Virus record (IMG/VR): IMGVR_UViG_3300017963_007659 | Span: 32,001-96,000 of that record | DNA length: 64,000 nucleotides | Strand: one strand, 5' to 3' | Source: a virus | In this document: piece by piece, positions 29,471 through 38,439 of the stretch | Numbering within the stretch: position 1 is the first letter of the stretch | Layout: every line of letters begins with the position of its first letter | Program-made: the position numbers and the translations under genes | The notes under the pieces: generated by a model | What the model was told of the DNA's origin: nothing | Database searches by the model: none | The model's input: the letters and a program-made list of their open reading frames with translations, nothing else

Positions 29471-30082
29471 ATGCACTTTACTCATGACATTGCTGATCAG
29501 TTGGAGGCACAGTTCCCGGTACGTGTTACACAGTGGGGTACACAGGCTGCTCCTGCTGTCGCTGTGAACAAAGAAGTCCCAGAGGACCAAGAGTCGGATA
29601 TCATTCACAAAGCGGCTTCTTGGCTACGAGAGCAAGGCTTCGTCGACATTCGTTTCGACACTGGGCATGATGACGCTGAAGGCCAACCGGTCATCGTTAT
29701 CCGTCATCCCTGGGATGAAAACGGTGCCGAACAAGACGACGGTCAGATCGATGTCGATCAGGTCGTCGCGCTTGTCCAGGAAGGCAAGATAGCCGAGGCA
29801 CTTCAGAAGCTACCTACCAAGAGTCCGAAGAAGAATGCTCAGGTTGAGATTCCTCTGGAAGACCTGGACGACAAGCTCGAAGAAGCCATGGACGATGTTA
29901 GCAGCGCTCTATCTCACCTCGACGAGCTTGTCTTCTCTCTTGGGGCGCACGACGCCAACAAAGAGTTGGACGAGGCTACCAGCGATCTCGCGCATACATT
30001 GACTGAAAAAGTCGACGACTTGTCCACCTTGGCTCTTGAGGTCAAGGGACTCATCGACCGAATCGACGAAAATCTCCCCTAG
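29471..30082 (+). CDS. Acidic hypothetical protein
   Basis: 203 aa; GAGG SD. Confidence 0.7.
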   Translation: MHFTHDIADQLEAQFPVRVTQWGTQAAPAVAVNKEVPEDQESDIIHKAASWLREQGFVDIRFDTGHDDAEGQPVIVIRHPWDENGAEQDDGQIDVDQVVALVQEGKIAEALQKLPTKSPKKNAQVEIPLEDLDDKLEEAMDDVSSALSHLDELVFSLGAHDANKELDEATSDLAHTLTEKVDDLSTLALEVKGLIDRIDENLP

Positions 30083-30094
30083 TCTCAATAAAAT

Positions 30095-30104
30095 CTAGTC
30101 AAAG
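30095..30104 (+). promoter_or_regulatory. Candidate middle-promoter motif CTAGTCAAAG
   Basis: Exact decamer with AAAAT upstream, intergenic. Confidence 0.65.
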
Positions 30105-30122
30105 CCACTAGAGGGATCAAAC

Positions 30123-30683
30123 ATGACCATACTTGCGTTCGTCATCACCCTACTGGTGTCGTATACCTTGGTGTTTGCGCTACAAGAAGGGAAGCTCCCT
30201 GGCTTCATTGACTCCCGTATAGAGAAACTCCGTGGGAAGTACGCCTTCTTCGAGAATCTCTTTGGCTGCTCTTTCTGTCTAGGGTTCTGGACGGGGCTTC
30301 TATCCTATGCCTTGGTCCATCTGGCAACACAAGGACTCACGTACACCTGGAGCACCTTTGCTCTATGGCCTCTGGTAGGACTGGCTTCGTCTGCTACCTG
30401 CTACCTTCTGAGTCAAGTCTCGCTGCTCATGGACTACATCTCAATGCGTGGCATGGAAGAGGAGCTTCCGCCCGAGTTGGAAAACATCTTAGAGCAGCGA
30501 CGACTGATGCAAGACCCTGAATTTCTACAAGATTTGGGCTTCGTTCATGACCAGGAGAATAGGATCTTCGTCGACACCGTAGAAGACAAAGACTACTTCT
30601 GTTCCGACTGCGGAGGTTGCCAAGAAGTGGACGATGAAGACGAGGAAGAGGATCAGGAGGACGGTCCAGACTACCGTCACTAG
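30123..30683 (+). CDS. DUF1360-like membrane protein
   Basis: TM helices and LFGCSFCLGFW match the DUF1360 C..C...W signature; acidic tail with a second CSDCGGC. Confidence 0.7.
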   Translation: MTILAFVITLLVSYTLVFALQEGKLPGFIDSRIEKLRGKYAFFENLFGCSFCLGFWTGLLSYALVHLATQGLTYTWSTFALWPLVGLASSATCYLLSQVSLLMDYISMRGMEEELPPELENILEQRRLMQDPEFLQDLGFVHDQENRIFVDTVEDKDYFCSDCGGCQEVDDEDEEEDQEDGPDYRH

Positions 30684-30690
30684 CTCCAGC

Positions 30691-30698
30691 GGTTATCT
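30691..30698 (+). promoter_or_regulatory. Candidate late-promoter motif GGTTATCT
   Basis: Identical 12-mer to the one at 18950; ATG 30711 has no SD. Confidence 0.5.
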
Positions 30699-30710
30699 GA
30701 ACATGACACC

Positions 30711-32075
30711 ATGGGTATTCTGGAGCAGATTCATAATCTTACAAATTCCGCGCTTCCTTCCTCACATGTAGGATATCACAAGTGGCGTGGAATTACTCTC
30801 CCAACCGACCTTTTCATGAGCGGAAGCGTGCGCTTCGCCCGAAAGACGGGGAATATTCTTCCTACCCTTCTTCCTTACAACTTCTCCAGGCTCTCGCAAG
30901 ATGTCAAACTGAATGACCAGATCATCTTCCTGGAGAGCTTTCCTACGCCAAGCATCACGCTGGGGACGAGGATTCGGATCAATCGACGGGAAGTCAAGAT
31001 TGTTGAAGACTTCAACGTAGATAACAACGAGCTTCTCCTCTCCACGGGCGTACAGGCAGCCTATCCCTCCTACACTCCTGTAGAGGTCTATGGGCAACCA
31101 ATTGAATCGGATGGAAGCTACATCGCGGGTCCTGGAGCGAATGTCATAAACGTCGACTCCACATGGAAGATTTATCCAGGGGATGTCCTCGTCTTCACGG
31201 CTGCTGAGATTGGGGTCACCGCAGCTACCCTCACAGCGTCCGTAGGAGGCGTCTATAGTTATCAGGTCACTCTTGAAGAGGACATCCCCTACGACCTCTC
31301 CGATCGCGCCCTCATCCTCCTGAGAGCCTACCCAGCGTATGAATCAGAGACACGGGTACTCCCCACTACCCCTGGCGTCTTCACCTCCTCTGGAGTAGGT
31401 CCCTTCGTTGTAGATTGGGTGTCTGGTCCGCTGCTCACCAGCGCTCGACCAGAAGAGTTCATGTACATCTATCTACAGACAGCAGCCGGAACCGTTATCC
31501 AAGAGAAGCTATTCGATAAGAATGACCTTATCCTCCGTGCTCCAATCAAAGCGGACTATCCTCTCTTCTGGAATGTAGAGAGAGGGAAGATCAATTGGGA
31601 TGGAACACGGCTGCACGCCACCACGGATGACCGAGGAAAGTTCCACCTCTTCAAGAAACTTGTCCCCAACTTCCCCACGGACCAAGTCAACCAGTGGAAC
31701 ATTCAGGTTGAGCCCGATAATGACGTCAACCTCTTCGTGGAGCTGGAGCCAAACACAAGGCAATCATACGCTCTTACAGGAGGAGTTGTCACCACAATCA
31801 ACATACTCTTGGATCCAACAGACCAACCGGTTGAGAGAGTACACCTACGTATAGACTCAGGATCGAATCCTGAGACGCGGGTGCGTCTAAATGACTGGAA
31901 CTTGGTAACTTCCCGTGTTGAGACCCTTCGGTACCATGTCGTCTCTCGCGTTACAGGGGACTACAACTACGCACTTTCTGGACTGTTCATTAAGCCGATG
32001 TTCCTATCGCTCGACCTTCTCCGAGCGCGATTGGACTTCGCAGGAGAGCTGGACTCTGGTCGTCTGGTTCTATAA
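30711..32075 (+). CDS. Virion structural protein (baseplate-wedge-like)
   Basis: 454 aa, beta-rich, in the structural cluster. Confidence 0.55.
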   Translation: MGILEQIHNLTNSALPSSHVGYHKWRGITLPTDLFMSGSVRFARKTGNILPTLLPYNFSRLSQDVKLNDQIIFLESFPTPSITLGTRIRINRREVKIVEDFNVDNNELLLSTGVQAAYPSYTPVEVYGQPIESDGSYIAGPGANVINVDSTWKIYPGDVLVFTAAEIGVTAATLTASVGGVYSYQVTLEEDIPYDLSDRALILLRAYPAYESETRVLPTTPGVFTSSGVGPFVVDWVSGPLLTSARPEEFMYIYLQTAAGTVIQEKLFDKNDLILRAPIKADYPLFWNVERGKINWDGTRLHATTDDRGKFHLFKKLVPNFPTDQVNQWNIQVEPDNDVNLFVELEPNTRQSYALTGGVVTTINILLDPTDQPVERVHLRIDSGSNPETRVRLNDWNLVTSRVETLRYHVVSRVTGDYNYALSGLFIKPMFLSLDLLRARLDFAGELDSGRLVL

Positions 32076-32084
32076 GGCAGCATA

Positions 32085-32486
32085 ATGACTGACAAAACCT
32101 TCAGTGAAGAAGATAGGACACTTCAGCAAGTACGCCGGTTGTCCGATACATTCTTGAAGAGCGGGTTTCTATCTCTTCGGGTCGCTCCTGGAGAAGAGAA
32201 GAAGCACTTCACAGATGGAGTGAGTTTGGCTTCCTACGTCCAGATTCTCTCTGGCGCGTTGAAACGGGAAGCAGGAGTCACGACTCTTGAAGGGTACATC
32301 GTCCGTCTCATTCCGAACGGCGCTTCCTGGGGTCGAGACGTTCAGGTCTCCTTTGTCCCTCAAGAGGACGAGTCTACAAGAGTCGCGGTCAAAACTCCCG
32401 ACAACACCGTCTATCTAGGAGAAGACCCGAACTTCAAGATTCTCCTCGGACAGGTTGTCCAATCTCTCGCCGAGGTTTTGCGCTAA
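32085..32486 (+). CDS. Hypothetical protein
   Basis: 133-aa ORF. Confidence 0.65.
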   Translation: MTDKTFSEEDRTLQQVRRLSDTFLKSGFLSLRVAPGEEKKHFTDGVSLASYVQILSGALKREAGVTTLEGYIVRLIPNGASWGRDVQVSFVPQEDESTRVAVKTPDNTVYLGEDPNFKILLGQVVQSLAEVLR

Positions 32487-32542
32487 AAGTGACCTCGATA
32501 GTGCATTTCACTCCTTCCTACGCGATCTTACCACCCCTGCGC

Positions 32543-32548
32543 GGTTAT
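32543..32548 (+). promoter_or_regulatory. Candidate late-promoter motif GGTTAT
   Basis: Intergenic, after a C-rich tract, upstream of 32590. Confidence 0.35.
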
Positions 32549-32589
32549 GTTTAGTATAGAGTGACGTCCATTAATAGAACGGTGACACC

Positions 32590-35313
32590 ATGCGTCGACT
32601 GAATTGGGAAGCGCCCCAAAGTCTTGAAGACCTTGAATTTCTGCAAGCTGTCTATACCGAAGAGTTTCTTGAGCGGCTCAGGCTCATCTTCGGAGCCAGT
32701 TACTCCTCAGCCTGGTGGGGTGTTGTAGACGATGAGAAACCAGCTTCGGCTCAAGTCTCCGACACCAGACCGCTTGTGGTTCGGGCCAATAGCGCCCAAC
32801 CGCTCACCATCGACGTCCTCTCTGGTATCGCGGTCACTCAGACAGGAGAACGCATTGTTCTCACCGCTGCTCAAGCCCAACGTTCTCTAGCGGACACCGG
32901 GTCGGGAGCAATCAATGTCGTCTACCTCCGTTCCTTCGAGGAAGCGGACAAGATCAAACTAGACGATTACGACGTCCTGGTACCAAGCCGGTACAACACT
33001 CCAGATGATGAGGATCTCCTTCAAGTAGCAACTCTCTCCGATTGGCTCGCCTTCACATCTGTGGAGCGAGAATCGTTTGTTGCCCTCGCTGTTGTCACAG
33101 TTCAACCCATCTCTACGGGCGGCTACGAGCTGTCTATCGACATGACTCAGAACTCCTACACCTGGAACCGCAAATGGTTCTCTCCGGTTGACATCGCACA
33201 CCGGACACAGGTAGGAACTGGAACTACAACAGAGCACAACCCACACGGTTTGCAAATCAACGATATGGTAGCTGGGGACTTGACGCTCTGGCAGCTCCTC
33301 TTGGACTACGGTGTCGTGGTCGCAGAAGATGAGGACTATGCCAAGGTCCCTGGAGTCGAGTGCGAGCAAATTGTGCTTACCGGAAGCATCGCTATCGATG
33401 TCACAGGAGCTATCACCGGTATCGTCAATTCCTACTACGTCACTCTGCTCTACTACCCCTCGACGATCGTTCGCATCACGGACAATGCGACAGAGCTTGA
33501 AGAGCTAGCAGGCGATGTAGTACCTGGCACACGCATTCTGTACTTCCGTCCCTCGGAGAAGTTCTCCGACGGAACAGCTCCGAACACCAAAGACCTCAAG
33601 ATTCACTATACGTGGGTCCAGACTGGACATCCGGTCATCACCGTTCCACAAAGCAATCTGGAGGTTAGCAACGCCCCTGCCCGCCAAGCGCTCATCGCAG
33701 CAGGGCTCCAGATCACAGATCTCGACGACGAGACCCTGGACTTCGTGGATGCTGGAGGTATTCCAAAGCGCTACCACACCTTCATTGACGCCACCAAGAC
33801 AGTTCGGAAACGTGACCAGGTAGTCTTCTGTACGAAGAAATTAGATGATGTAGGCACCGCTATCGAGCCCTTCGTCATCGCCCCTTGGGGTCCTGGAAAG
33901 CTCAAAGTTGCGCTCACAGGGGCTACTTCTGGTCCTGTCCCCCCGACTTTGATTGTCGAGTTGAAGCTCACAGGCAAGGATGAGTCTGGAGTTACCATCT
34001 CAGAGAACGTTATCTTCGATTTGACGTGGGAAGAGAACCTCCCAGGAGCGGCATCAGAGAATCCCAATCAGTTCCGAGAGACGACTCTCTCCTTCACTGA
34101 GATCACACAATGGCAGGTCGTCAATCGAGTCGCTGATGGACCGAACTCAGCCGTCATGATGTGGATGGAACAGAACCCTGTGACGTCTTCCATCATGGCT
34201 GACGTTCTCCCGTTGTTCGACTGCTTCTGGGATGGGACACAGATCCTTGACCTCGTTGACATGCGCCCTGTCAATACCATCGCTGAAAACCCAACGAAGA
34301 CGCCTCTGTTGGCTGCTGTGGAGGTTCAGAAAGACCTGGCAGGCGAAGTAGCGATCATCTCTGAGGTGGGGACCGTAACTATCAACCCACACCTATACTT
34401 TGAGGACCGACCGCACGGTGTCGAACTGGGAGTATGGGAACAGGGGTTCACCGGGGCACTACTCCAGTCTCAAGCGATCATGATGCGGACAGACCCATCA
34501 CAGACCGCACTCACAAATCTTCGTATTCCTTTGGGACCATCCCTCCCTCCTGTCTGTGAAATTCTTCAGATCAGAGTCCCCTACTGGCTCTATGGTACTG
34601 GAACTGGAACCGCACGCTTCGGTATCAGTCCGTGGGAACAGGACAGTGTGACAGGATTCCGTCTTCCGTTGGCTGTCGGCAATGCCACGGCTGGCCCCAC
34701 CCCAGCTCCAGCTCCTCCCGCGTTTACACCGTGGACTACCCCGGATTATTGGGCTATTATGAACACAGCTCCTGCTGCTGTTGACCAAAATGCCCATGAC
34801 TATTACATTGAGGTATCTTATGTTGCTCTTGGGGTATGGATTCCAGACCTACTCCCTCCGTACATGGCAGCCACAGAGGTCACCTACCAGGAAGACGTTG
34901 TCTCGACTACAGGAGCAGCCTGGACTCTTGGTGGCTACATCGCAGAGGACTTCAGAAGCCCTCTCTGGATGGATGGTACACAGTCGACACTCAGCAAGGA
35001 TGTTGACGGACTAGGTGTCAGAGATACCTATGTTTCTCGACCGATTCCAGTAGAAGGGGAGTCTGGCTCCAATAACAGACTTCGGGTCGTCATCTTTGGG
35101 GCTGACAATGAGGCAAGCATCACATTGGAGTACCGCTATGCGGACTCTACTACAGGAGTTTGGTCCCTCTGGCTTCCTGCACCAGCTCCTGTTGGTCCGC
35201 ACACGATCAATATTCCCACTACAATCAACAAGATTCAGGTGCGGCTGAACCCCGATGGGGATGAAGAAAGCAATGCTCTAGGGATCGGTATCATTCACTG
35301 GAGTCGCCCCTAA
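32590..35313 (+). CDS. Large virion structural protein
   Basis: 907 aa; the N-domain (I.V..G.A.T..G..IV) resembles those of 620 and 35333. Confidence 0.6.
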   Translation: MRRLNWEAPQSLEDLEFLQAVYTEEFLERLRLIFGASYSSAWWGVVDDEKPASAQVSDTRPLVVRANSAQPLTIDVLSGIAVTQTGERIVLTAAQAQRSLADTGSGAINVVYLRSFEEADKIKLDDYDVLVPSRYNTPDDEDLLQVATLSDWLAFTSVERESFVALAVVTVQPISTGGYELSIDMTQNSYTWNRKWFSPVDIAHRTQVGTGTTTEHNPHGLQINDMVAGDLTLWQLLLDYGVVVAEDEDYAKVPGVECEQIVLTGSIAIDVTGAITGIVNSYYVTLLYYPSTIVRITDNATELEELAGDVVPGTRILYFRPSEKFSDGTAPNTKDLKIHYTWVQTGHPVITVPQSNLEVSNAPARQALIAAGLQITDLDDETLDFVDAGGIPKRYHTFIDATKTVRKRDQVVFCTKKLDDVGTAIEPFVIAPWGPGKLKVALTGATSGPVPPTLIVELKLTGKDESGVTISENVIFDLTWEENLPGAASENPNQFRETTLSFTEITQWQVVNRVADGPNSAVMMWMEQNPVTSSIMADVLPLFDCFWDGTQILDLVDMRPVNTIAENPTKTPLLAAVEVQKDLAGEVAIISEVGTVTINPHLYFEDRPHGVELGVWEQGFTGALLQSQAIMMRTDPSQTALTNLRIPLGPSLPPVCEILQIRVPYWLYGTGTGTARFGISPWEQDSVTGFRLPLAVGNATAGPTPAPAPPAFTPWTTPDYWAIMNTAPAAVDQNAHDYYIEVSYVALGVWIPDLLPPYMAATEVTYQEDVVSTTGAAWTLGGYIAEDFRSPLWMDGTQSTLSKDVDGLGVRDTYVSRPIPVEGESGSNNRLRVVIFGADNEASITLEYRYADSTTGVWSLWLPAPAPVGPHTINIPTTINKIQVRLNPDGDEESNALGIGIIHWSRP

Positions 35314-35332
35314 GTAAGCGAGGTTACGCGTT

Positions 35333-36232
35333 ATGGCTCAGACACGCATTTTCAACTACGGAGATACGCTGACCCAAGCCAAGATGAAGACGGCTATGGA
35401 GACGCTGCTTCCAGCCCTCGTCTACGAAGGATACGAGCTTTCTGTTGCTACCGTTTCGTCTGTAGGGGCAGCTCCTGGATCCCTTCTCCTGCCAAACGGA
35501 ATCATCGTGCAGGAGTCAAGCGCTGTCAACATTCCGTTGACCTTCGCTGGAGGAGCCGAAGACTTCACGCTCGTCTGTACTCATGTAGATGAACAGCTCT
35601 TTGGAGGCGCTGGAGCCACCTACAGTGCTGTCTCTGGATTCTTACAGACCTATGCTGACTCCACCATCTTGGGGTGGGTGCACTATCCTGGAGGTGGTGT
35701 TCCTGTCACGGATGACATGATCGTTCCTGCCCCAAGGGGCTCTTTTGACGCCTTTGGAGCTACAGCAGTAGACTTCTCTCCCGTAAAGTTCATGTCCCCT
35801 CTTCAAGCGGTGAAGGTGCTCTCAAATGCTACTTGGATCTCTTCCGAGGCAACCTATTCCGCATTGCCTGTTCCCCACACCAGAGAAGAAATCAACGTCA
35901 TCGCTGGAACTCCGGTACAGCAGACCGCAACCTTCTATTTCTCCCTCCTCTCCAAAGCCAACCCTCCTGTTGCGGTGGTCTTCAGGCACAACACACCAAC
36001 CACCCTTGGGACAGATATCACGGTATCTGTATATGATACGGCAGGGACTCTTGTAGGAACAACCGTCGTGGTGGGAACAGGAGCCTGGGAAGTCACTACT
36101 GTAACTTTGGACACAGCGGGCTTTACGTTCACAGAAGGAGAGACATTCAGTGCTCAGTTGGTAGTTGAAGGGGACGGTGCCGACACTATCCTCCTCGAAT
36201 GGGTGGAGGTGCAGTTTAACCCAACTCCATAG
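35333..36232 (+). CDS. Virion structural protein
   Basis: 299 aa; N-domain related to 620; C-terminal jelly-roll-like strand pattern. Confidence 0.6.
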   Translation: MAQTRIFNYGDTLTQAKMKTAMETLLPALVYEGYELSVATVSSVGAAPGSLLLPNGIIVQESSAVNIPLTFAGGAEDFTLVCTHVDEQLFGGAGATYSAVSGFLQTYADSTILGWVHYPGGGVPVTDDMIVPAPRGSFDAFGATAVDFSPVKFMSPLQAVKVLSNATWISSEATYSALPVPHTREEINVIAGTPVQQTATFYFSLLSKANPPVAVVFRHNTPTTLGTDITVSVYDTAGTLVGTTVVVGTGAWEVTTVTLDTAGFTFTEGETFSAQLVVEGDGADTILLEWVEVQFNPTP

Positions 36233-36281
36233 TCCGAACGAAACTTCATTAGATAAACTAAACGTTTTAGGAGCTTTAGAC

Positions 36282-36722
36282 ATGTCTGCGATTACGATCT
36301 GTAAGTTCTACACCAACCCAAACCCTAGCAGCGACAACAAAAACGAAGTCATCAGCCGAACCCTTCAGAAGATCTCGGTCATTGACCGGCGGTGGAAACC
36401 GGACTGCGGCAAGCGGCTGCCTACAGATGGGGAATTCTGGAAGGTGAAAATCGTTCATGAATTCGGGAGAGCGATGAAAGGCTGCTTCCTTGTTCATCCT
36501 CTGCATAAGGTCTACGACAACGAGTTCAGAACGCTGATTCCTGGCACCTACGATATCGAATCCGAAGAGGGATTGGTTGTTATCACCCCTCACAACCCAG
36601 GATACTGGATCTTGCCGATCGAGCATCGTCTCATCTTATTGAAGCGGTACGACGCCTACGCGGTCATTGTAGACCTCCAGCAGTTTGAGGGGGACATCTC
36701 CTCAATACCTACATGTAAGTAG
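36282..36722 (+). CDS. Hypothetical protein
   Basis: ATG 36282 with AGGAG SD. Confidence 0.7.
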   Translation: MSAITICKFYTNPNPSSDNKNEVISRTLQKISVIDRRWKPDCGKRLPTDGEFWKVKIVHEFGRAMKGCFLVHPLHKVYDNEFRTLIPGTYDIESEEGLVVITPHNPGYWILPIEHRLILLKRYDAYAVIVDLQQFEGDISSIPTCK

Positions 36723-36822
36723 CTACAAGAATCCCCCACAGATCTCTCCTCCTCTCCCTCCCTACTTTTTACCTTGACAACGTCTTCAATATATGAGACA
36801 AAGGAAGAGGTTGGAGGGCAGC

Positions 36823-37278
36823 ATGAGTGACAGAGGACAGCTTCCGGCAGACGCAGTGTGGGCTTTCATCTTCGCAGGCAAGGCGATCTTCACTGTTGAA
36901 TCACCCTCTGGTCTCCACAGGACCTTCAAGGTAGTCAAGGTTCAAGGCGAAGGCTACGACAAGCCGATCTGGACGGTGATGGTTCTTGTAGGTCCTGACA
37001 ACAACACCAATTACAGGAACATCGGCTACATCGTTGGAGACCCTTCGGAAAGGCGTGTCTACTTCAAGGGGAACGCCGCCTATGAACCGAACCATTCCCT
37101 TTTGCAGTCCTTCATCTGGGTTCTCCGTCGTGCCGATGTGGCTAACTTCACAGCGAAATTGGGAACCGCCAAGGTGTTCCATGAAGGTCGCTGTGGAAAG
37201 TGCGGACGACGCCTGACTGTCCCTGGAAGCGTGTCTCGCGGTCTCGGTCCTCAATGTGCCCTCTCCCTCCTTCAGTAA
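36823..37278 (+). CDS. DUF6011 zinc-finger protein
   Basis: C-terminal EGRCGKCGRRLTVPGSVSRGLGPQC is the DUF6011 signature; GGAGG SD. Confidence 0.8.
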   Translation: MSDRGQLPADAVWAFIFAGKAIFTVESPSGLHRTFKVVKVQGEGYDKPIWTVMVLVGPDNNTNYRNIGYIVGDPSERRVYFKGNAAYEPNHSLLQSFIWVLRRADVANFTAKLGTAKVFHEGRCGKCGRRLTVPGSVSRGLGPQCALSLLQ

Positions 37279-37279
37279 T

Positions 37280-37289
37280 CTAGTCAAAG
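37280..37289 (+). promoter_or_regulatory. Candidate middle-promoter motif CTAGTCAAAG
   Basis: Exact decamer, intergenic. Confidence 0.65.
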
Positions 37290-37292
37290 TAT

Positions 37293-37310
37293 GGTAGAAA
37301 GGATTCTACC
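37293..37310 (+). promoter_or_regulatory. RBS hairpin GGTAGAA-agga-TTCTACC abutting ATG 37311
   Basis: Perfect 7-bp inverted repeat with the SD-like AGGA in the loop. Confidence 0.55.
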
Positions 37311-37790
37311 ATGAGCACCAAAGGAACAGTCTCGACTGAGATTAAGATCGATTGGGATGTCGATGCCACTATGAAAGGCGACATTCAGAGAGGACTTGAC
37401 GTTCAAGCGCTCTTTCAAGAAGAGGACATCTTAGGAGTCAGCTTTAGCTTGGCATTTCCTCCACTTATCCCTGATAAAGCCATTACAGGACAGGCTCTCC
37501 GAGACTGGAAAAACTCCTGTCTCTACCTCGCGCTCGACAAATCCGCGAATGACACTACAAGAATGGAAGACTTCGAGATTAGCTGGTCCTCTGGGATGGA
37601 GGGTCTTTGTAACCTCACATCTCCCTGCTGTCATGTCTCCCTGTATTCTTCAGACAAAGGGGTAGTGGCTAGCGGTATCCTCTACGCCCACGACGACGCC
37701 TTCGACCTGTATGAGTTCCTTACCAGAATCATCCAGTGTTTCCCTCCCTACCAAGTCAGCCTGGAAGTAGAACCGCTTCGCAGACCCTAA
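37311..37790 (+). CDS. Hypothetical protein
   Basis: 159-aa ORF. Confidence 0.7.
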   Translation: MSTKGTVSTEIKIDWDVDATMKGDIQRGLDVQALFQEEDILGVSFSLAFPPLIPDKAITGQALRDWKNSCLYLALDKSANDTTRMEDFEISWSSGMEGLCNLTSPCCHVSLYSSDKGVVASGILYAHDDAFDLYEFLTRIIQCFPPYQVSLEVEPLRRP

Positions 37791-37805
37791 CTTTTCGCTC
37801 ACAGA

Positions 37806-37813
37806 GGTTATTT
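37806..37813 (+). promoter_or_regulatory. Candidate late-promoter motif GGTTATTT
   Basis: Overlaps the 5' edge of the RBS-occluding hairpin. Confidence 0.45.
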
Positions 37814-37837
37814 CAGATTGGAGAGCACCAATCTGAA
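37812..37837 (+). promoter_or_regulatory. RBS-occluding hairpin TTCAGATTGG-agagca-CCAATCTGAA
   Basis: Perfect 10-bp inverted repeat covering the GGAG SD and the A of start codon 37837. Confidence 0.7.
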
Positions 37838-38373
37838 TGGCTACCTGCACTTACGACAAAGACTGCTATCTCGTTGTAGAAGTCTACAACCGCACGCTTG
37901 CGAAAGTGCAGTTGGCAGGGAAGTATCTCGCCCCAAAGACGATTACACCCTTCTCTCACTTCATCTTCCAGGAGACACCTGCCTACTGTAATAGGTTGGC
38001 CAAGCTCTTCAAGGAAGGTCGACTCTCAGTTGTTATCAACGATGTCGTCCTCAACTACGAGCAGATTCTCAATCTTTGGGCCTATCCAGATGGTGCAGGA
38101 GGTCCAGCACCTTCTGGGAATCGCTACTACAATCAACCTGTTGTAGGAGTCATAGACGGGGTGAATACGAACTTCACCTCACCGACGAAGTTCATCCACG
38201 CTAACCCAGACACAGAGGTACTTCTCTACAACGGAGTGCGGCTCGAAGAGGGTGCTGGAAACGACTATATCGTCTCCGAGTCAGCTCCAGGAACTGGTTA
38301 TGATTTGATATCTACGAACTTTACACCTAAGACTGGTGACAAGCTGTGGCTTGACTTCACGCCAGCCCCTTAA
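37837..38373 (+). CDS. Virion decoration-type protein
   Basis: 178 aa; C-terminal GVIDGVNTNF...LYNGVRLEEGAGNDYIVSE...P..GDKLWLDF is an Ig-like module common in fibres. Confidence 0.6.
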   Translation: MATCTYDKDCYLVVEVYNRTLAKVQLAGKYLAPKTITPFSHFIFQETPAYCNRLAKLFKEGRLSVVINDVVLNYEQILNLWAYPDGAGGPAPSGNRYYNQPVVGVIDGVNTNFTSPTKFIHANPDTEVLLYNGVRLEEGAGNDYIVSESAPGTGYDLISTNFTPKTGDKLWLDFTPAP

Positions 38374-38392
38374 AATGCGAGGGATTGTCCAA

Positions 38393-38398
38393 GGTTAT
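38393..38398 (+). promoter_or_regulatory. Candidate late-promoter motif GGTTAT
   Basis: Intergenic, upstream of 38440. Confidence 0.35.
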
Positions 38399-38439
38399 TC
38401 TTATAATGAACGTGCTTTCGCTTCGTAGAAGGGGCTATA

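Noticed and set aside
35322-35327. GGTTAC before 35333 as a late motif
   Set aside because: It is only 5 nt from the ATG and not followed by pyrimidines, which is inconsistent with the other sites; it may just be part of the SD (GAGG)
36774-36802. TTGACA upstream of the DUF6011 gene as a sigma70 promoter
   Set aside because: There is no TANNNT at 16-18 bp spacing, so it was not called
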